From a bacterium (lineage in GTDB: Bacteria; Hydrothermota; Tepidihabitantia; Tepidihabitantales; Tepidihabitantaceae), in contig JAWOHE010000067.1 in NCBI GenBank assembly GCA_046485285.1, forward strand, positions 1 through 20,642: a DNA stretch of 20,642 nt. The letters are read 5' to 3'. Positions within the stretch are counted from its first letter, which is position 1. The number at the start of each line of letters is the position of its first letter. Shown here one piece after another: positions 5,604 through 14,759 of this stretch. A program made the position numbers and the translations under genes. The notes below the pieces were generated by a model. That model saw only the letters and a program-made list of their open reading frames with translations. It was not told where the DNA came from and did no database searches.

Positions 5604-8002
5604 CGCACCGGGGTGAATCCCGGCCCCTCGGGAACGAGCACCTCGTCGCCCGCGAGCGGGGTGATTTCATAGACCGCGCCGCTGCCCTCTGAGGTGACGT
5701 AGAGCAGGGTGAAGCGGTGCCCGGCGGCGACGAAGTTGCGCAGGTCGTCCATGAACGCGAGTATTGTCAAGTGCTCGCGCTTGTCGCCGACGAGCCAGCA
5801 GGCGAGGGCGGGAAGGTAGTCGTCGAGCCGGGCGGAGCCGTTGAAGATCCGGCGCGAGACCTCGCGGTAGTTCTCGACCGGCGGGCCGTCGCCGCGTTCC
5901 AGCCAGCCGACGCCGGGCCGGATTTCGGCGAACGGCCAGATGACGGTGCGGTAGTCGAGTGTCGTCGAGTCGTCGAGGAACCTGGCCATCTCGCCGAGCG
6001 CGGTCTCGAGCTGGGATCCGTCGCAGCGGAGGCCGCCGAGCGACCGGATGACGTTGCCGGTCGCCTGGTAGTATCGGCGGTCCGGGTAGCTGAGGGTGAG
6101 GGCCGGGTTGAGCGGGCCGAGGTCCTTGGCGTAGACGATGTCGCCGGACAGGTCGAGGTCGTTGGCGGTGAAGCCGTGGCCGAGGTGGTCGAGGAAGACG
6201 AGCGCGTTGGTGAGCCCGGCCCGGCGGACGGCCTTGACGGTCTGCGCGTCGACGTCGGCGTAGCGGTGGTAGACCCGCTGGAGCGGGGGCAGGCCGGCGA
6301 CGACTGCGACGAGGGTCAGCACCGGCCATGCCCGGCCGACGAAGTGGCGGGCGGCGGCGTCGGTGACCCCGAGCCCGAAGGTCCGGCGCAGGAACGGGCC
6401 GAGCTCCTCGGCGCCGCGGACGGTGAGCAGGATCAGGCCGGGCACCGCCTCGTAGAGGAAGCGCGGGCCGAAACAGCAGTTGTGGAACCAGTAGAAGAAG
6501 TGCGCGACGAGCAGGCTGGCGGGCCAGGCGAGCATCAGCCGGTCCTCGGCCCGCCGGGTCCCGGCCGCGAGCGGGATGAGCACCGGCACGAGCGCGGCCA
6601 GCGGCCACTCGTAGAGGTACTTATTGAGCAGGTTCAGGTTGTTGCCGGTGTGGATGAGGCCGCGCAGCGGGGTGTGGGCCTCGCCCCAGCCGCTCCGGCC
6701 GAAGCCGAGCTCGTGGCCCTTGCCCCACTTGACGACATAGCCGAAGGTCAGCCAGTCGCCGTTGGTCAGTTTGTTGTAGACGAACACGAGGCTCGTCAGC
6801 GCGCCGCCGGCCGCGGCCATCAGCAGGAAGCGGGGCAGGAGCCGGCGCGGCTCGCGGACGAGTCGGATGAGGCCGTGGACCGCGAAGGGCAGGGCGACCG
6901 CGAGCGCGGTGTAGGGCCGGACGTTGGCGACGAGGCCGAGGCAGAGCCCGGCCAGCAGGGCCTGGCGCGGACGGCCCTCGCGCAGGGTCCGGAAGTAGAA
7001 CAGCGCGAAGAGCGTCGCGAAGAGGAGCGCGCTCGCCCCGTTCATGTACTCGGCCGACATGTTGAAGATGAACGGCGTGATGCAGGCAAGCACGCCGGCG
7101 AGCCGGCCGGTGCGCTCGCCATAGAGCTCGCGGCCGAGCAGGTAGATGACCGGGACGGTCAGCGCGCCGAGCAGGGGGTTGAGGAGCCAGGGCGCGCCGA
7201 CGAAGACGAACGGGACCATCAGCAGGGAGTGAAGGAAGGGATACTGCGAGTACCAGCGGCCGTTGTTGATGATGTGAGTGTAGTCGAAGAACTCCGCGAA
7301 CCGGGGTGAGTCGAGGAAGAGCCGGCCGCGCGCGAAGATCCGGGCCTGGAAGAGCTGGGCAATCGAGTCCTGGATGTGGGGCAGGTGCTCGAAGGTGAAG
7401 AACGAGATGAGGTTGGCGAGGATGAAGGTGAAGCCGAAGAGCACGAGGATGAAGCGCGGGCGGCTGAGCGCCATCAGCCGATCGAAGGCCTGCTCCATCG
7501 GCCGGTCGAGGAACCGGAGGCGGCGGTAGAAGCCGGCGAGGAAGAGCGCGAGCCCGGCGCCGGACAGGAGCAGGTAGAGCGTCATCTTGCTGCCGGTTTC
7601 CCAGACCGGGGTCCGGACGTGCTCCCAGGGCAGGAGTGAGAGCGTGAGCACGAAGACTGCCGCGGCGAGCGGCACGCCGAGGCGTGGGTCGCGCCAAGGC
7701 CGGGCGAGCGCCTGCCGGACCGGCCGGAACGCGAGCGCGACCGCGAGCAGGGCGAGCGGGACGCCGAAGGTGACGTACCACATCGGGAAGAAGTGGTAGA
7801 TCCGGTCCGGCATCCAGGGGAAGCGCAGGTAGAGGCCGTGGTGCGCCGCGAAGAGAAACTCGTCGCGCGAGTTGGCGAGGCCGGCGACCGCCATCAGGCA
7901 GAGGCCGAGCGCGGTGAAGACCCACTCGAGCCACGGGGCGAGGCCGGGGCGGGCGGACTTCGGCGGCTGGCGCGCAGCGCGGGGAGGAGTGCGTCGTGGC
8001 AA
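5600..8002 (-). CDS. GT-C fold glycosyltransferase (ArnT/PMT family 39-like), polytopic membrane protein
   Basis: 800 aa with many TM helices. 'PHIQDSIAQLFQARIFARG', 'YSQYPFLHSLL', 'IYLLGRELYGERTGRLAG', 'GLVANVRPYTA' and 'GPRFLYEAVP' are typical PMT_2/ArnT-like segments. The TTG start follows a TATAAT box. Confidence 0.85.
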   Translation of the reverse strand: MPRRTPPRAARQPPKSARPGLAPWLEWVFTALGLCLMAVAGLANSRDEFLFAAHHGLYLRFPWMPDRIYHFFPMWYVTFGVPLALLAVALAFRPVRQALARPWRDPRLGVPLAAAVFVLTLSLLPWEHVRTPVWETGSKMTLYLLLSGAGLALFLAGFYRRLRFLDRPMEQAFDRLMALSRPRFILVLFGFTFILANLISFFTFEHLPHIQDSIAQLFQARIFARGRLFLDSPRFAEFFDYTHIINNGRWYSQYPFLHSLLMVPFVFVGAPWLLNPLLGALTVPVIYLLGRELYGERTGRLAGVLACITPFIFNMSAEYMNGASALLFATLFALFYFRTLREGRPRQALLAGLCLGLVANVRPYTALAVALPFAVHGLIRLVREPRRLLPRFLLMAAAGGALTSLVFVYNKLTNGDWLTFGYVVKWGKGHELGFGRSGWGEAHTPLRGLIHTGNNLNLLNKYLYEWPLAALVPVLIPLAAGTRRAEDRLMLAWPASLLVAHFFYWFHNCCFGPRFLYEAVPGLILLTVRGAEELGPFLRRTFGLGVTDAAARHFVGRAWPVLTLVAVVAGLPPLQRVYHRYADVDAQTVKAVRRAGLTNALVFLDHLGHGFTANDLDLSGDIVYAKDLGPLNPALTLSYPDRRYYQATGNVIRSLGGLRCDGSQLETALGEMARFLDDSTTLDYRTVIWPFAEIRPGVGWLERGDGPPVENYREVSRRIFNGSARLDDYLPALACWLVGDKREHLTILAFMDDLRNFVAAGHRFTLLYVTSEGSGAVYEITPLAGDEVLVPEGPGFTPVR

Positions 8003-8010
8003 GGTCTACG

Positions 8011-8038
8011 ATTATAGGACCAGCAGCCGGGCGGTCAA
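8011..8038 (-). promoter_or_regulatory. Sigma70 promoter, probably leaderless, for the GT-C gene
   Basis: TTGACC (8038-8033), 16 nt, TATAAT (8016-8011), 8 nt, then TTG 8002. No SD sequence. Confidence 0.7.
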
Positions 8039-8053
8039 TCGGCCGGGCGCGGA

Positions 8054-8081
8054 TTGCATCGCCGGTCGGTGCGGGTATCAT
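8054..8081 (+). promoter_or_regulatory. Sigma70 promoter, probably leaderless, for murA
   Basis: TTGCAT (8054-8059), 16 nt, TATCAT (8076-8081), 6 nt, then ATG 8088. Confidence 0.65.
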
Positions 8082-8087
8082 CTGGTG

Positions 8088-9350
8088 ATGGACCGGTTCC
8101 TGGTCCGCGGCGGGAGGCCGCTTCGCGGCGCGGTGCGGGTCGCGAGCGCGAAGAACGCCGTCCTGCCGATTCTCGCCGCCTGCCTGCTGACCGAGGAGGA
8201 GTGCGTCGTGCGCGACGTGCCGGCGCTCGCCGACGTCGCGACGATGCTCCGACTGCTGGCCGCGATGGGCGTGCGAGTGGCGCGGAGCGGCCGGACGGTC
8301 CGGCTGCGGGCCGCCGGGCAGATCGCCCGTGAAGCGCCCTACGACATCGTCCGGAAGATGCGGGCGGGCTACTACGTGCTCGGGCCGCTGGTCGGCCGAT
8401 TCGGCCAGGCCCGGGTGTCGCTGCCGGGCGGGTGCGCGATCGGCGCGCGGCCGGTGGACCTGCACCTGAAGGGGCTCGAGGCGCTGGGTACCCGGGTCGA
8501 GGTTGAGCACGGCTACATCGTCGCGCGCGCGCGCCGGCTCGCGGGCGGTCCGATGCTGCTGGAGGGGACGCGGGGACCGAGCGTCGGCGCGACCGCGAAC
8601 GTGATGATGGCCGCGGTGCTGGCGCGGGGCGAGACGGTGATTGACGGCGCGGCGCGCGAGCCGGAGGTGGTGGACCTGGCGGATTTCCTGAACCGCCTTG
8701 GCGCGCGCATCGAGGGCGTCGGGACGCCGACGGTGCGGATCCGCGGGGTGCGGGCGCTGGGCGGGGCGGAGTTCCGGCCGATACCGGACCGGGTCGAGGC
8801 CGGGACGTTCGCGGCGGCCGCGGCGCTGACCGGCGGCCGGGTCGAAATCCGCAACTGCCGGCCCGACCACCTGTCGGCGGTGATCGACAAGCTCGGCGAG
8901 GCCGGGGTCGAGGTCGAGTGTCGGAAGCGTTCGATGACGGTGACCGGCCGGGGCCGACCCGGGCCGCTCAACATCGGCACCGCGCCCTACCCAGGCTTCC
9001 CGACCGACCTCCAGGCCCAGTTCACCGCCCTGCTGACCGTGGCCAAGGGGACGAGCGTCGTCACCGAGAACATCTTCGAGGCCCGGTTCCTGCACGCGAT
9101 GGAGCTCCAGCGGCTGGGCGCCGCGATCGAGGTGACCGGTAACGTCGCGGTCATCCGGGGCCGCGAGCGGCTGTCGGGCGCGCAGGTGATGGCCTCGGAC
9201 TTACGGGCGTCGGCCGCGCTGGTGCTCGCCGGGCTGGTCGCCGAGGGCGAGACCGAGGTGTTGCGCATCTACCACCTCGACCGGGGCTACGAGCGAATCG
9301 AGGACAAGCTCGGCGCGCTCGGCGCGCGCATCGAGCGGCTGGCCGAGTGA
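8088..9350 (+). CDS. murA: UDP-N-acetylglucosamine 1-carboxyvinyltransferase
   Basis: 420 aa from ATG 8088 (MDRFLVRGG). Motifs [27 protein letters not shown] (catalytic Cys), [31 protein letters not shown] and HLDRGYE. Confidence 0.98.
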   Translation: MDRFLVRGGRPLRGAVRVASAKNAVLPILAACLLTEEECVVRDVPALADVATMLRLLAAMGVRVARSGRTVRLRAAGQIAREAPYDIVRKMRAGYYVLGPLVGRFGQARVSLPGGCAIGARPVDLHLKGLEALGTRVEVEHGYIVARARRLAGGPMLLEGTRGPSVGATANVMMAAVLARGETVIDGAAREPEVVDLADFLNRLGARIEGVGTPTVRIRGVRALGGAEFRPIPDRVEAGTFAAAAALTGGRVEIRNCRPDHLSAVIDKLGEAGVEVECRKRSMTVTGRGRPGPLNIGTAPYPGFPTDLQAQFTALLTVAKGTSVVTENIFEARFLHAMELQRLGAAIEVTGNVAVIRGRERLSGAQVMASDLRASAALVLAGLVAEGETEVLRIYHLDRGYERIEDKLGALGARIERLAE

Positions 9351-9363
9351 GTTCCGACCCCGG

Positions 9364-10437
9364 ATGAGCGCCAGACCGGTCCGGAAACGGACCAGCCCGG
9401 TCCGGGTCGGGCCGCTGGTCATCGGCGGCCGGGCGCCGGTCGCGGTCCAGTCGATGACCAACACCCGGACCGACGACGTCGCCGCGACGGTGCGCCAGGC
9501 CCGGCGGCTGGCCCGGGCCGGCTGCGAGCTGGTCCGGATCGCGGTGCCGGACGCGCGGGCGGCGCAGGCGCTCCCGGCGATCCGGGCCCGGCTCGAGTTG
9601 CCGCTCTGCGCGGACGTCCACTTCGACCACCGGCTGGCGCTGGCCGCGATCGACGCCGGGTTCGACAAGGTCCGCATCAACCCGGGGAACATCGGCGCGG
9701 CCGCGCGGGTGAAGGAGGTCATCCGGGCGGCGGCGGGCTCGGGCGTCGCGATCCGTGTCGGGGTCAACGCGGGCTCGGTGCACCGGAAGTTCCTCCGGCG
9801 GCGCGGCGGGCCGACCCCGGCGGCGATGGTCGCGAGCTTGGCCGAATGCCTCGAGCCGTTCGCGGCGCTGGGATTCAGGGCGCTGGTGCTCTCGGCGAAG
9901 GCGACCGGCGTGCCCGAGACGGTCGCGGTCTACCGAGAGCTCGCCCGGCGCTGGCGGTTCCCGCTCCACCTCGGGCTGACCGAGGCCGGCCTGCCATTCG
10001 AGGGCTCGATTCGCTCGGCCGCGGCGCTCGGGGTCCTGCTTGCGGAGGGCATCGGCGACACGGTCCGGGTGTCGCTCGCGGGCGACCCGGCACTCGAGGT
10101 CGCGGCGGCGTGGGAGCTCCTGTCCGCGCTCGGGCTCCGGCGGCGCGGGCCGTCGATTTACGCCTGCCCGACCTGCGGCCGGACCGGCATCGACGTCTGC
10201 CGGCTGGCCCGGCAGGCGCGGCGCGCGCTCGCCGGCTGTCGCCGGCCGGTCAAGGTCGCGGTGATGGGCTGCGTCGTCAACGGGCCGGGCGAGGCCCGGG
10301 CGGCCGACTACGGCATCGCCGGCGGCCGGGGCCGGGGCGCGGTGTTCGCGCGCGGCGCGGTTGTCAAGTCGGTCCCGGCCGACAGACTGGTTGACGAGCT
10401 TGTCCGGGTGATGACCGACGATGGCTGTTTTGCCTAG
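9364..10437 (+). CDS. ispG: (E)-4-hydroxy-3-methylbut-2-enyl-diphosphate synthase (flavodoxin-type)
   Basis: Motifs [56 protein letters not shown], and 4Fe-4S ligands CPTCGR and [14 protein letters not shown]. Confidence 0.98.
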   Translation: MSARPVRKRTSPVRVGPLVIGGRAPVAVQSMTNTRTDDVAATVRQARRLARAGCELVRIAVPDARAAQALPAIRARLELPLCADVHFDHRLALAAIDAGFDKVRINPGNIGAAARVKEVIRAAAGSGVAIRVGVNAGSVHRKFLRRRGGPTPAAMVASLAECLEPFAALGFRALVLSAKATGVPETVAVYRELARRWRFPLHLGLTEAGLPFEGSIRSAAALGVLLAEGIGDTVRVSLAGDPALEVAAAWELLSALGLRRRGPSIYACPTCGRTGIDVCRLARQARRALAGCRRPVKVAVMGCVVNGPGEARAADYGIAGGRGRGAVFARGAVVKSVPADRLVDELVRVMTDDGCFA

Positions 10438-11848
10438 GGGCGTCATCCTGCTCGCGATCGCGGCCGGGGCCGCCGCGGCGTGCACGATCGGCGCGTTCTC
10501 GGGCCGGGCGACCGCCGACGGCCGGCCGATGCTCTGGAAGAACCGGGACGTCGCGAACCCGGACCAGGAAGTCCATCATTTCACCGATGCCCGCTACCGC
10601 TACGTCGCCAACGTCTACGCCGGAGAGTCGCTCAAGGTCTGGGCCGGAATCAACGAGCGCGGGTTCGCGATAGTGAACTCCGACGCCCACAACATCGGGG
10701 GCCGGGACCAGCTCGACGACGGCGTCGTGATGAAGCTCGCGCTCGGGAACTGCGCGACGCTCGAGGACTTCGCCGGGCTGATGGACTCGCTCAACGAGGT
10801 CGGCCGCGACAAGGCGGGGAACTTCGGGGTGTTCGACTCGACCGGCGCGGTCGCGATGTTCGAAGCGGCCAACACCTTCTACCACCGGTTCGACGCCGAC
10901 TCGACCGGCATCATCCTGCGCGCCAACTACGCCTACGCCGGCGACTCGAACCGGCAGGTCGGCCGCAACCGGCACGACCGGGCGCTTGAGCTGATCGGTC
11001 GGGAGCTGGCCGAGCGCGAACTCGCGGTCCCGTTCATCACCCGGTTCCTGGCACGTGACCTCGGCCAGGTCGGGTTCGACCCGTATCCCCTGCCCTTCGA
11101 GGGCCGGCTCGGCGACCTGCCGTTCGGGTTCCTGCCGACCGACACGACCATCGGCCGGGCGGTGACCCGCTCGGTCGAGGTGATGGTCGGGCCGCGGCCG
11201 GGCGGGCCGGCGTCGGACGGGATGATGTGGATAATGCTCGGCTCGCCGTTCGCCTCGATTGCCCTGCCGCTCTGGGTGCAGGGCGGGCCGGTGCCCGAGC
11301 TACTGGACGGCCCGGGGACCGCCCGGCTCTGCGACGAGGCCCAGGCGCTCGACCGCCACCTGCGTTCGGCGCCGGGCCGGCCCGGGCTCATCAACACACT
11401 GAGCCTGCGGCGCGCGCTCGACTTCTTCGCGCCGCTCGAATCGCTCGTCTTCGCGCGGGTCGACTCGCTCGAGCGGGAGTGCGGGCCGGCCGGGCCGGAC
11501 TCCGCGGCCGCGGCCGCGCTGACCGGGCAGTACGCGGACGAGCTCGCCGGGCTTTACGCTCGGTTCTGGCGGCAGTTCGACTGGTCGGCACGGACCAACC
11601 TCGCCGAGCAGGCCGCTTCCGCGACCGCGACCGTAGCGCGGGGCGTGCTGAGCCTGCCGGTCCCGGCCGGCGCGACCCGGCTCGTTGTCTACGACGCGGC
11701 CGGCCGGGCCGCGCTGCGGGCCGGGGTCGCGGGGCGGAGCCGGATCGAGCTGAACGTCGGCGGGCTCGTGCCGGGCGGCTACCACCTTGTCTTCGACCAG
11801 GCCCCGGACCGGGCCTCAAGATACCGCTTCGTCCGCCTGCCGGACTAG
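10421..11848 (+). CDS. Secreted Ntn-hydrolase (peptidase C45 / acyl-CoA:6-APA acyltransferase-like) with C-terminal sorting-like domain
   Basis: Signal peptide followed by [23 protein letters not shown] and [14 protein letters not shown], the typical C45/C69-like N-terminus. The C-terminus is '[10 protein letters not shown]...[15 protein letters not shown]'. It overlaps ispG by 17 nt. Confidence 0.8.
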   Translation: MAVLPRGVILLAIAAGAAAACTIGAFSGRATADGRPMLWKNRDVANPDQEVHHFTDARYRYVANVYAGESLKVWAGINERGFAIVNSDAHNIGGRDQLDDGVVMKLALGNCATLEDFAGLMDSLNEVGRDKAGNFGVFDSTGAVAMFEAANTFYHRFDADSTGIILRANYAYAGDSNRQVGRNRHDRALELIGRELAERELAVPFITRFLARDLGQVGFDPYPLPFEGRLGDLPFGFLPTDTTIGRAVTRSVEVMVGPRPGGPASDGMMWIMLGSPFASIALPLWVQGGPVPELLDGPGTARLCDEAQALDRHLRSAPGRPGLINTLSLRRALDFFAPLESLVFARVDSLERECGPAGPDSAAAAALTGQYADELAGLYARFWRQFDWSARTNLAEQAASATATVARGVLSLPVPAGATRLVVYDAAGRAALRAGVAGRSRIELNVGGLVPGGYHLVFDQAPDRASRYRFVRLPD

Positions 11849-11949
11849 CTTCGAACCCCTTTGCCGGTTTTAATGGTCGAACAATCGGACTGCTTGGCCA
11901 ATCTGAAGTACCATCAACCTGCGCCGGCAGGAGCAGGAAAGGAGCGCGA

Positions 11950-14670
11950 ATGCTGAGAAGCACGTTGACCGTGCTCGCGGTGCTGTCGGCCCTGGTCTGG
12001 GCCGGCGCGTCGGGGCACTATAGTATGGGTCCGACCGGCCGGTACGTACCGGAGCCGCTCGGCAATGCCCGGACGCTGAGTTTCTCGAGCGGCTGGGAGT
12101 TCGACACCCGGACCGGCGAGCCGGCACTGCCGGCCGAACTGCGGCAGGTCGAAGGCGACGCCGGGGCCGAGTACTGGATAGTCCAGCTTGAGGGGCCGTT
12201 CGAACGGCAGTGGCTCCGACGGTTCGAGCGGCTCGGGCTCGAGCCGTTCGGCTACCTGCCGAACTACGCGGTGCTGTGCCGGATGACCCCGGCCGAGCGG
12301 GCAGCGGTCGAGGCCCTGCCATTCGTGGTCTGGACCGGCCTGTACCAGCCGGCCTACAAGCTCGAGCCCGGGCTCGACCGGGTCGAGGGCGAGGTGCGGC
12401 TGGTCGCGCTCCTGATGCCGGGCGCGGAGGCCGCGCCGGTGATTGACCTCGTTTCCGGGCTCGGCGGCCGGGTCGACCTCCTCATCGAGAGCCCGATCGG
12501 CGTGACGGTCGAACTCACCGCGGGCGCGGACGCCATCCCGGCGCTGGCCCGTGCGGCCGAGGTCCTCTGGTTGCAGGTCTGGTCCGAGCCGACGACCTGC
12601 AACAACAGCGCCCAGTGGGTGACCCAGACCGGCTGGCGGTCGAGCGCCCCGCCCGATACCTCGCTGGCCGCCCGGCGGGCCTGGGGCCACGGCGTCCGCG
12701 GCCAGGGCCTGATTCTCTCGGCGACCGACACCGGGCTCAACGTCGGCCACGACATGTTCCGCGACCCGGACATGCCGGTCACCGCGCCCGGGATCTGGCC
12801 CGGGCACCGCAAGGTCGCGGCGTTCAAGCTCTACCAGGGCGCAAACGCGGGCGAGTCGCAGTACCACGGCAGTCACGTCAACGGCACCATCGCCGGCAAC
12901 GACTCGGCGACCGGTGGGACCAGCTACTACGACGGGATGGCAATTGACGCCCGGCTCTACTTTGTCGACGTGACCAGCGCGACAGGCAGCTTTGTCATCC
13001 CGACCAACTTCTACACGGTGTGGGACACGGTCTACCACGGCCGCGGCCTGCCCGACTCGGTGCGGCCGATAAGACAGCACTCCGGCTCGTGGGGCTGGGC
13101 GAACAGCCAGGGCACCTACCTGATCCAGGACGCCTCGACCGACGCGTTCGCGTGGGAGTTCAAGGACTTCCTGAACATAATGGCGGCGGGCAACGAGTCG
13201 AGCACCCGGCGTCTGCGCAACCCGGGCATCGCCAAGAACGTGCTGACGGTCGGCGCGACCCAGAACGGGACGAGCTCGAACCTCATCGCCAGTTTCTCCT
13301 CGCGCGGGCCGACCCAGGATGGCCGGACCAAGCCCAATGTCGTCGCGCCGGGCGTCGACCTCTGGTCGGCCAACCGCACCGGCACCAACACCTACACCCA
13401 GATGTCGGGGACCTCGATGGCGACCCCGGCGGTCAACGGCGCGGTCGGGCTGCTGCGCTGCTACCTCGAGCAGGGCTACTACCCGACCGGGACGCCGATG
13501 CCGGGCGACCGCATCGGCTACATCTCGGCCGCGCTGATGCGCTCGATGGCGATGGTCTCCGGCGACCCGAACGTCGGCAGTTACACGGTGCCAGACAACA
13601 ACATCGGCTGGGGCCGGATCGACGCCGACTCGGTGCTTTACTTCCCGGGCGATACCCGCCGGCTCATCATCGTCGATGACACGGTCGGGCTCGCGACCGG
13701 CGAGTACAAGGAATACCAGTTCGAGGTCAGCTCGGCGATTCCGCTCCGGGCGATGCTGGCCTGGACCGACACCGCGGCCGCGCCGAGCGCCAACCCGACG
13801 CTGGTCAACGACCTCGACCTCAAGCTCGTCGCGCCGAGCGGCACCGAGTACCGCGGCAACCGATTCGCGAGCGGCCAGAGCCAGCCCGACCCGGCGACCT
13901 GGGACTCGATCAACGTCGAGGAGGGATTCCGCGTCAACAGCCCGGAGCTCGGGGTCTGGACGATCTGGGTCGGCGCGCGCAACGTCGCGACCGCGGCGAA
14001 GCAGCCGTTTGCCTGGACGATAACCGGCGACGTCGCGCCGACCGCGCTCGACCACGACGTCGCGGCGCTGGCGATCATCGCGCCGGCCGGCCAGGTTGAC
14101 TCGGGTACGGTCGTCGTGCCGCAGGCAATCATCGCCAACCGCGGCATCGGGCCGGAGATCTTCGACGTCGAGTTCACCGTCGGGGCGTGGGCCGACACCC
14201 AGTCGGTGTCGCTGGCCGCCGGCGCGACCGACACGGTCGAGTTCGCGGCCTGGACCGCGCAGGCGGTCGGCTGGTTCGAGGCGCGGGTGAAGACGATGCT
14301 CGCCGGCGACGAGAACCCGGCCAACGACGTCCGGGCCGACAGCTTCGAGGTCCTGCCGCTGACCGGCATCGCGGGCGGCGGCGTCCTGCCGCGCGAGTTT
14401 TCGCTCGAAGGGCCGGTGCCGAACCCGACGACCGGCCGGACCCTGGTCCGGTTCGCGGTCCCGCAGACCGCGGCAGCGCAGGTCGGGGTCTACGCGGTGG
14501 ATGGCACGCTCGTCCGGATGCTCGTTGACGGCACCCAGCGGCCGGGTCGGTACGGCGTGACCTGGGACGGCCGGGACGCCGGCGGCAGGCAGACCAGCCG
14601 CGGCATCTACTACGTCAGGATGACGGCGCCCGGGTTCACCGGGGTCCAGAAGCTCGTCCGGGTGCAGTAG
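11950..14670 (+). CDS. Secreted S8 subtilisin-like serine peptidase with propeptide, C-terminal beta domains, CARDB-like and FlgD-Ig/T9SS-like terminal domain
   Basis: AAGGAG RBS, ATG 11950 and a signal peptide. Catalytic triad in ATDTGL / YHGSHVNGTIAG / SGTSMATP, oxyanion AAGNE, plus FSSRGPTQDGRTKPNVVAPG. KP-43-like 'LAWTD...LVNDLDL' domain. C-terminus 'PNPTTGRT...WDGRDAGGRQTSRGIYYVRM'. Confidence 0.93.
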   Translation: MLRSTLTVLAVLSALVWAGASGHYSMGPTGRYVPEPLGNARTLSFSSGWEFDTRTGEPALPAELRQVEGDAGAEYWIVQLEGPFERQWLRRFERLGLEPFGYLPNYAVLCRMTPAERAAVEALPFVVWTGLYQPAYKLEPGLDRVEGEVRLVALLMPGAEAAPVIDLVSGLGGRVDLLIESPIGVTVELTAGADAIPALARAAEVLWLQVWSEPTTCNNSAQWVTQTGWRSSAPPDTSLAARRAWGHGVRGQGLILSATDTGLNVGHDMFRDPDMPVTAPGIWPGHRKVAAFKLYQGANAGESQYHGSHVNGTIAGNDSATGGTSYYDGMAIDARLYFVDVTSATGSFVIPTNFYTVWDTVYHGRGLPDSVRPIRQHSGSWGWANSQGTYLIQDASTDAFAWEFKDFLNIMAAGNESSTRRLRNPGIAKNVLTVGATQNGTSSNLIASFSSRGPTQDGRTKPNVVAPGVDLWSANRTGTNTYTQMSGTSMATPAVNGAVGLLRCYLEQGYYPTGTPMPGDRIGYISAALMRSMAMVSGDPNVGSYTVPDNNIGWGRIDADSVLYFPGDTRRLIIVDDTVGLATGEYKEYQFEVSSAIPLRAMLAWTDTAAAPSANPTLVNDLDLKLVAPSGTEYRGNRFASGQSQPDPATWDSINVEEGFRVNSPELGVWTIWVGARNVATAAKQPFAWTITGDVAPTALDHDVAALAIIAPAGQVDSGTVVVPQAIIANRGIGPEIFDVEFTVGAWADTQSVSLAAGATDTVEFAAWTAQAVGWFEARVKTMLAGDENPANDVRADSFEVLPLTGIAGGGVLPREFSLEGPVPNPTTGRTLVRFAVPQTAAAQVGVYAVDGTLVRMLVDGTQRPGRYGVTWDGRDAGGRQTSRGIYYVRMTAPGFTGVQKLVRVQ

Positions 14671-14691
14671 CCGCGGACCGACCGATTACGA

Positions 14692-14721
14692 ATTGCGGGC
14701 CGGGGAAACCCGGCCCGCAAT
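14692..14721. terminator. Perfect hairpin between convergent genes, probable bidirectional terminator
   Basis: ATTGCGGGCCGGG-GAAA-CCCGGCCCGCAAT forms a 13-bp stem with a GNRA loop. There is no clear U-tract. Confidence 0.7.
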
Positions 14722-14759
14722 CGCAGTAAGCCGCGGGCGGTCCGGTCCCGGGCCGACGG

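Noticed and set aside
7872..8087. Long N-terminal extensions in the ORF track (murA 7872, S8 11227, phosphoesterase 4323, 3781, repeat protein 16436, amidase 16189, glmM 20539)
   Set aside because: Most overlap neighbouring genes or promoters. Downstream starts fit family N-termini, signal peptides, SD sequences or -10 boxes.
6621..9095. 824-aa minus-strand ORF and other long overlapping ORFs (17204-19900 +, 11914-14055 -, 5717-7309 +, 9151-10485 -, 3743-5026 -)
   Set aside because: These are shadow frames of well-supported genes in high-GC DNA. They are rich in R/P/G/A or V/D/E and carry no motifs.
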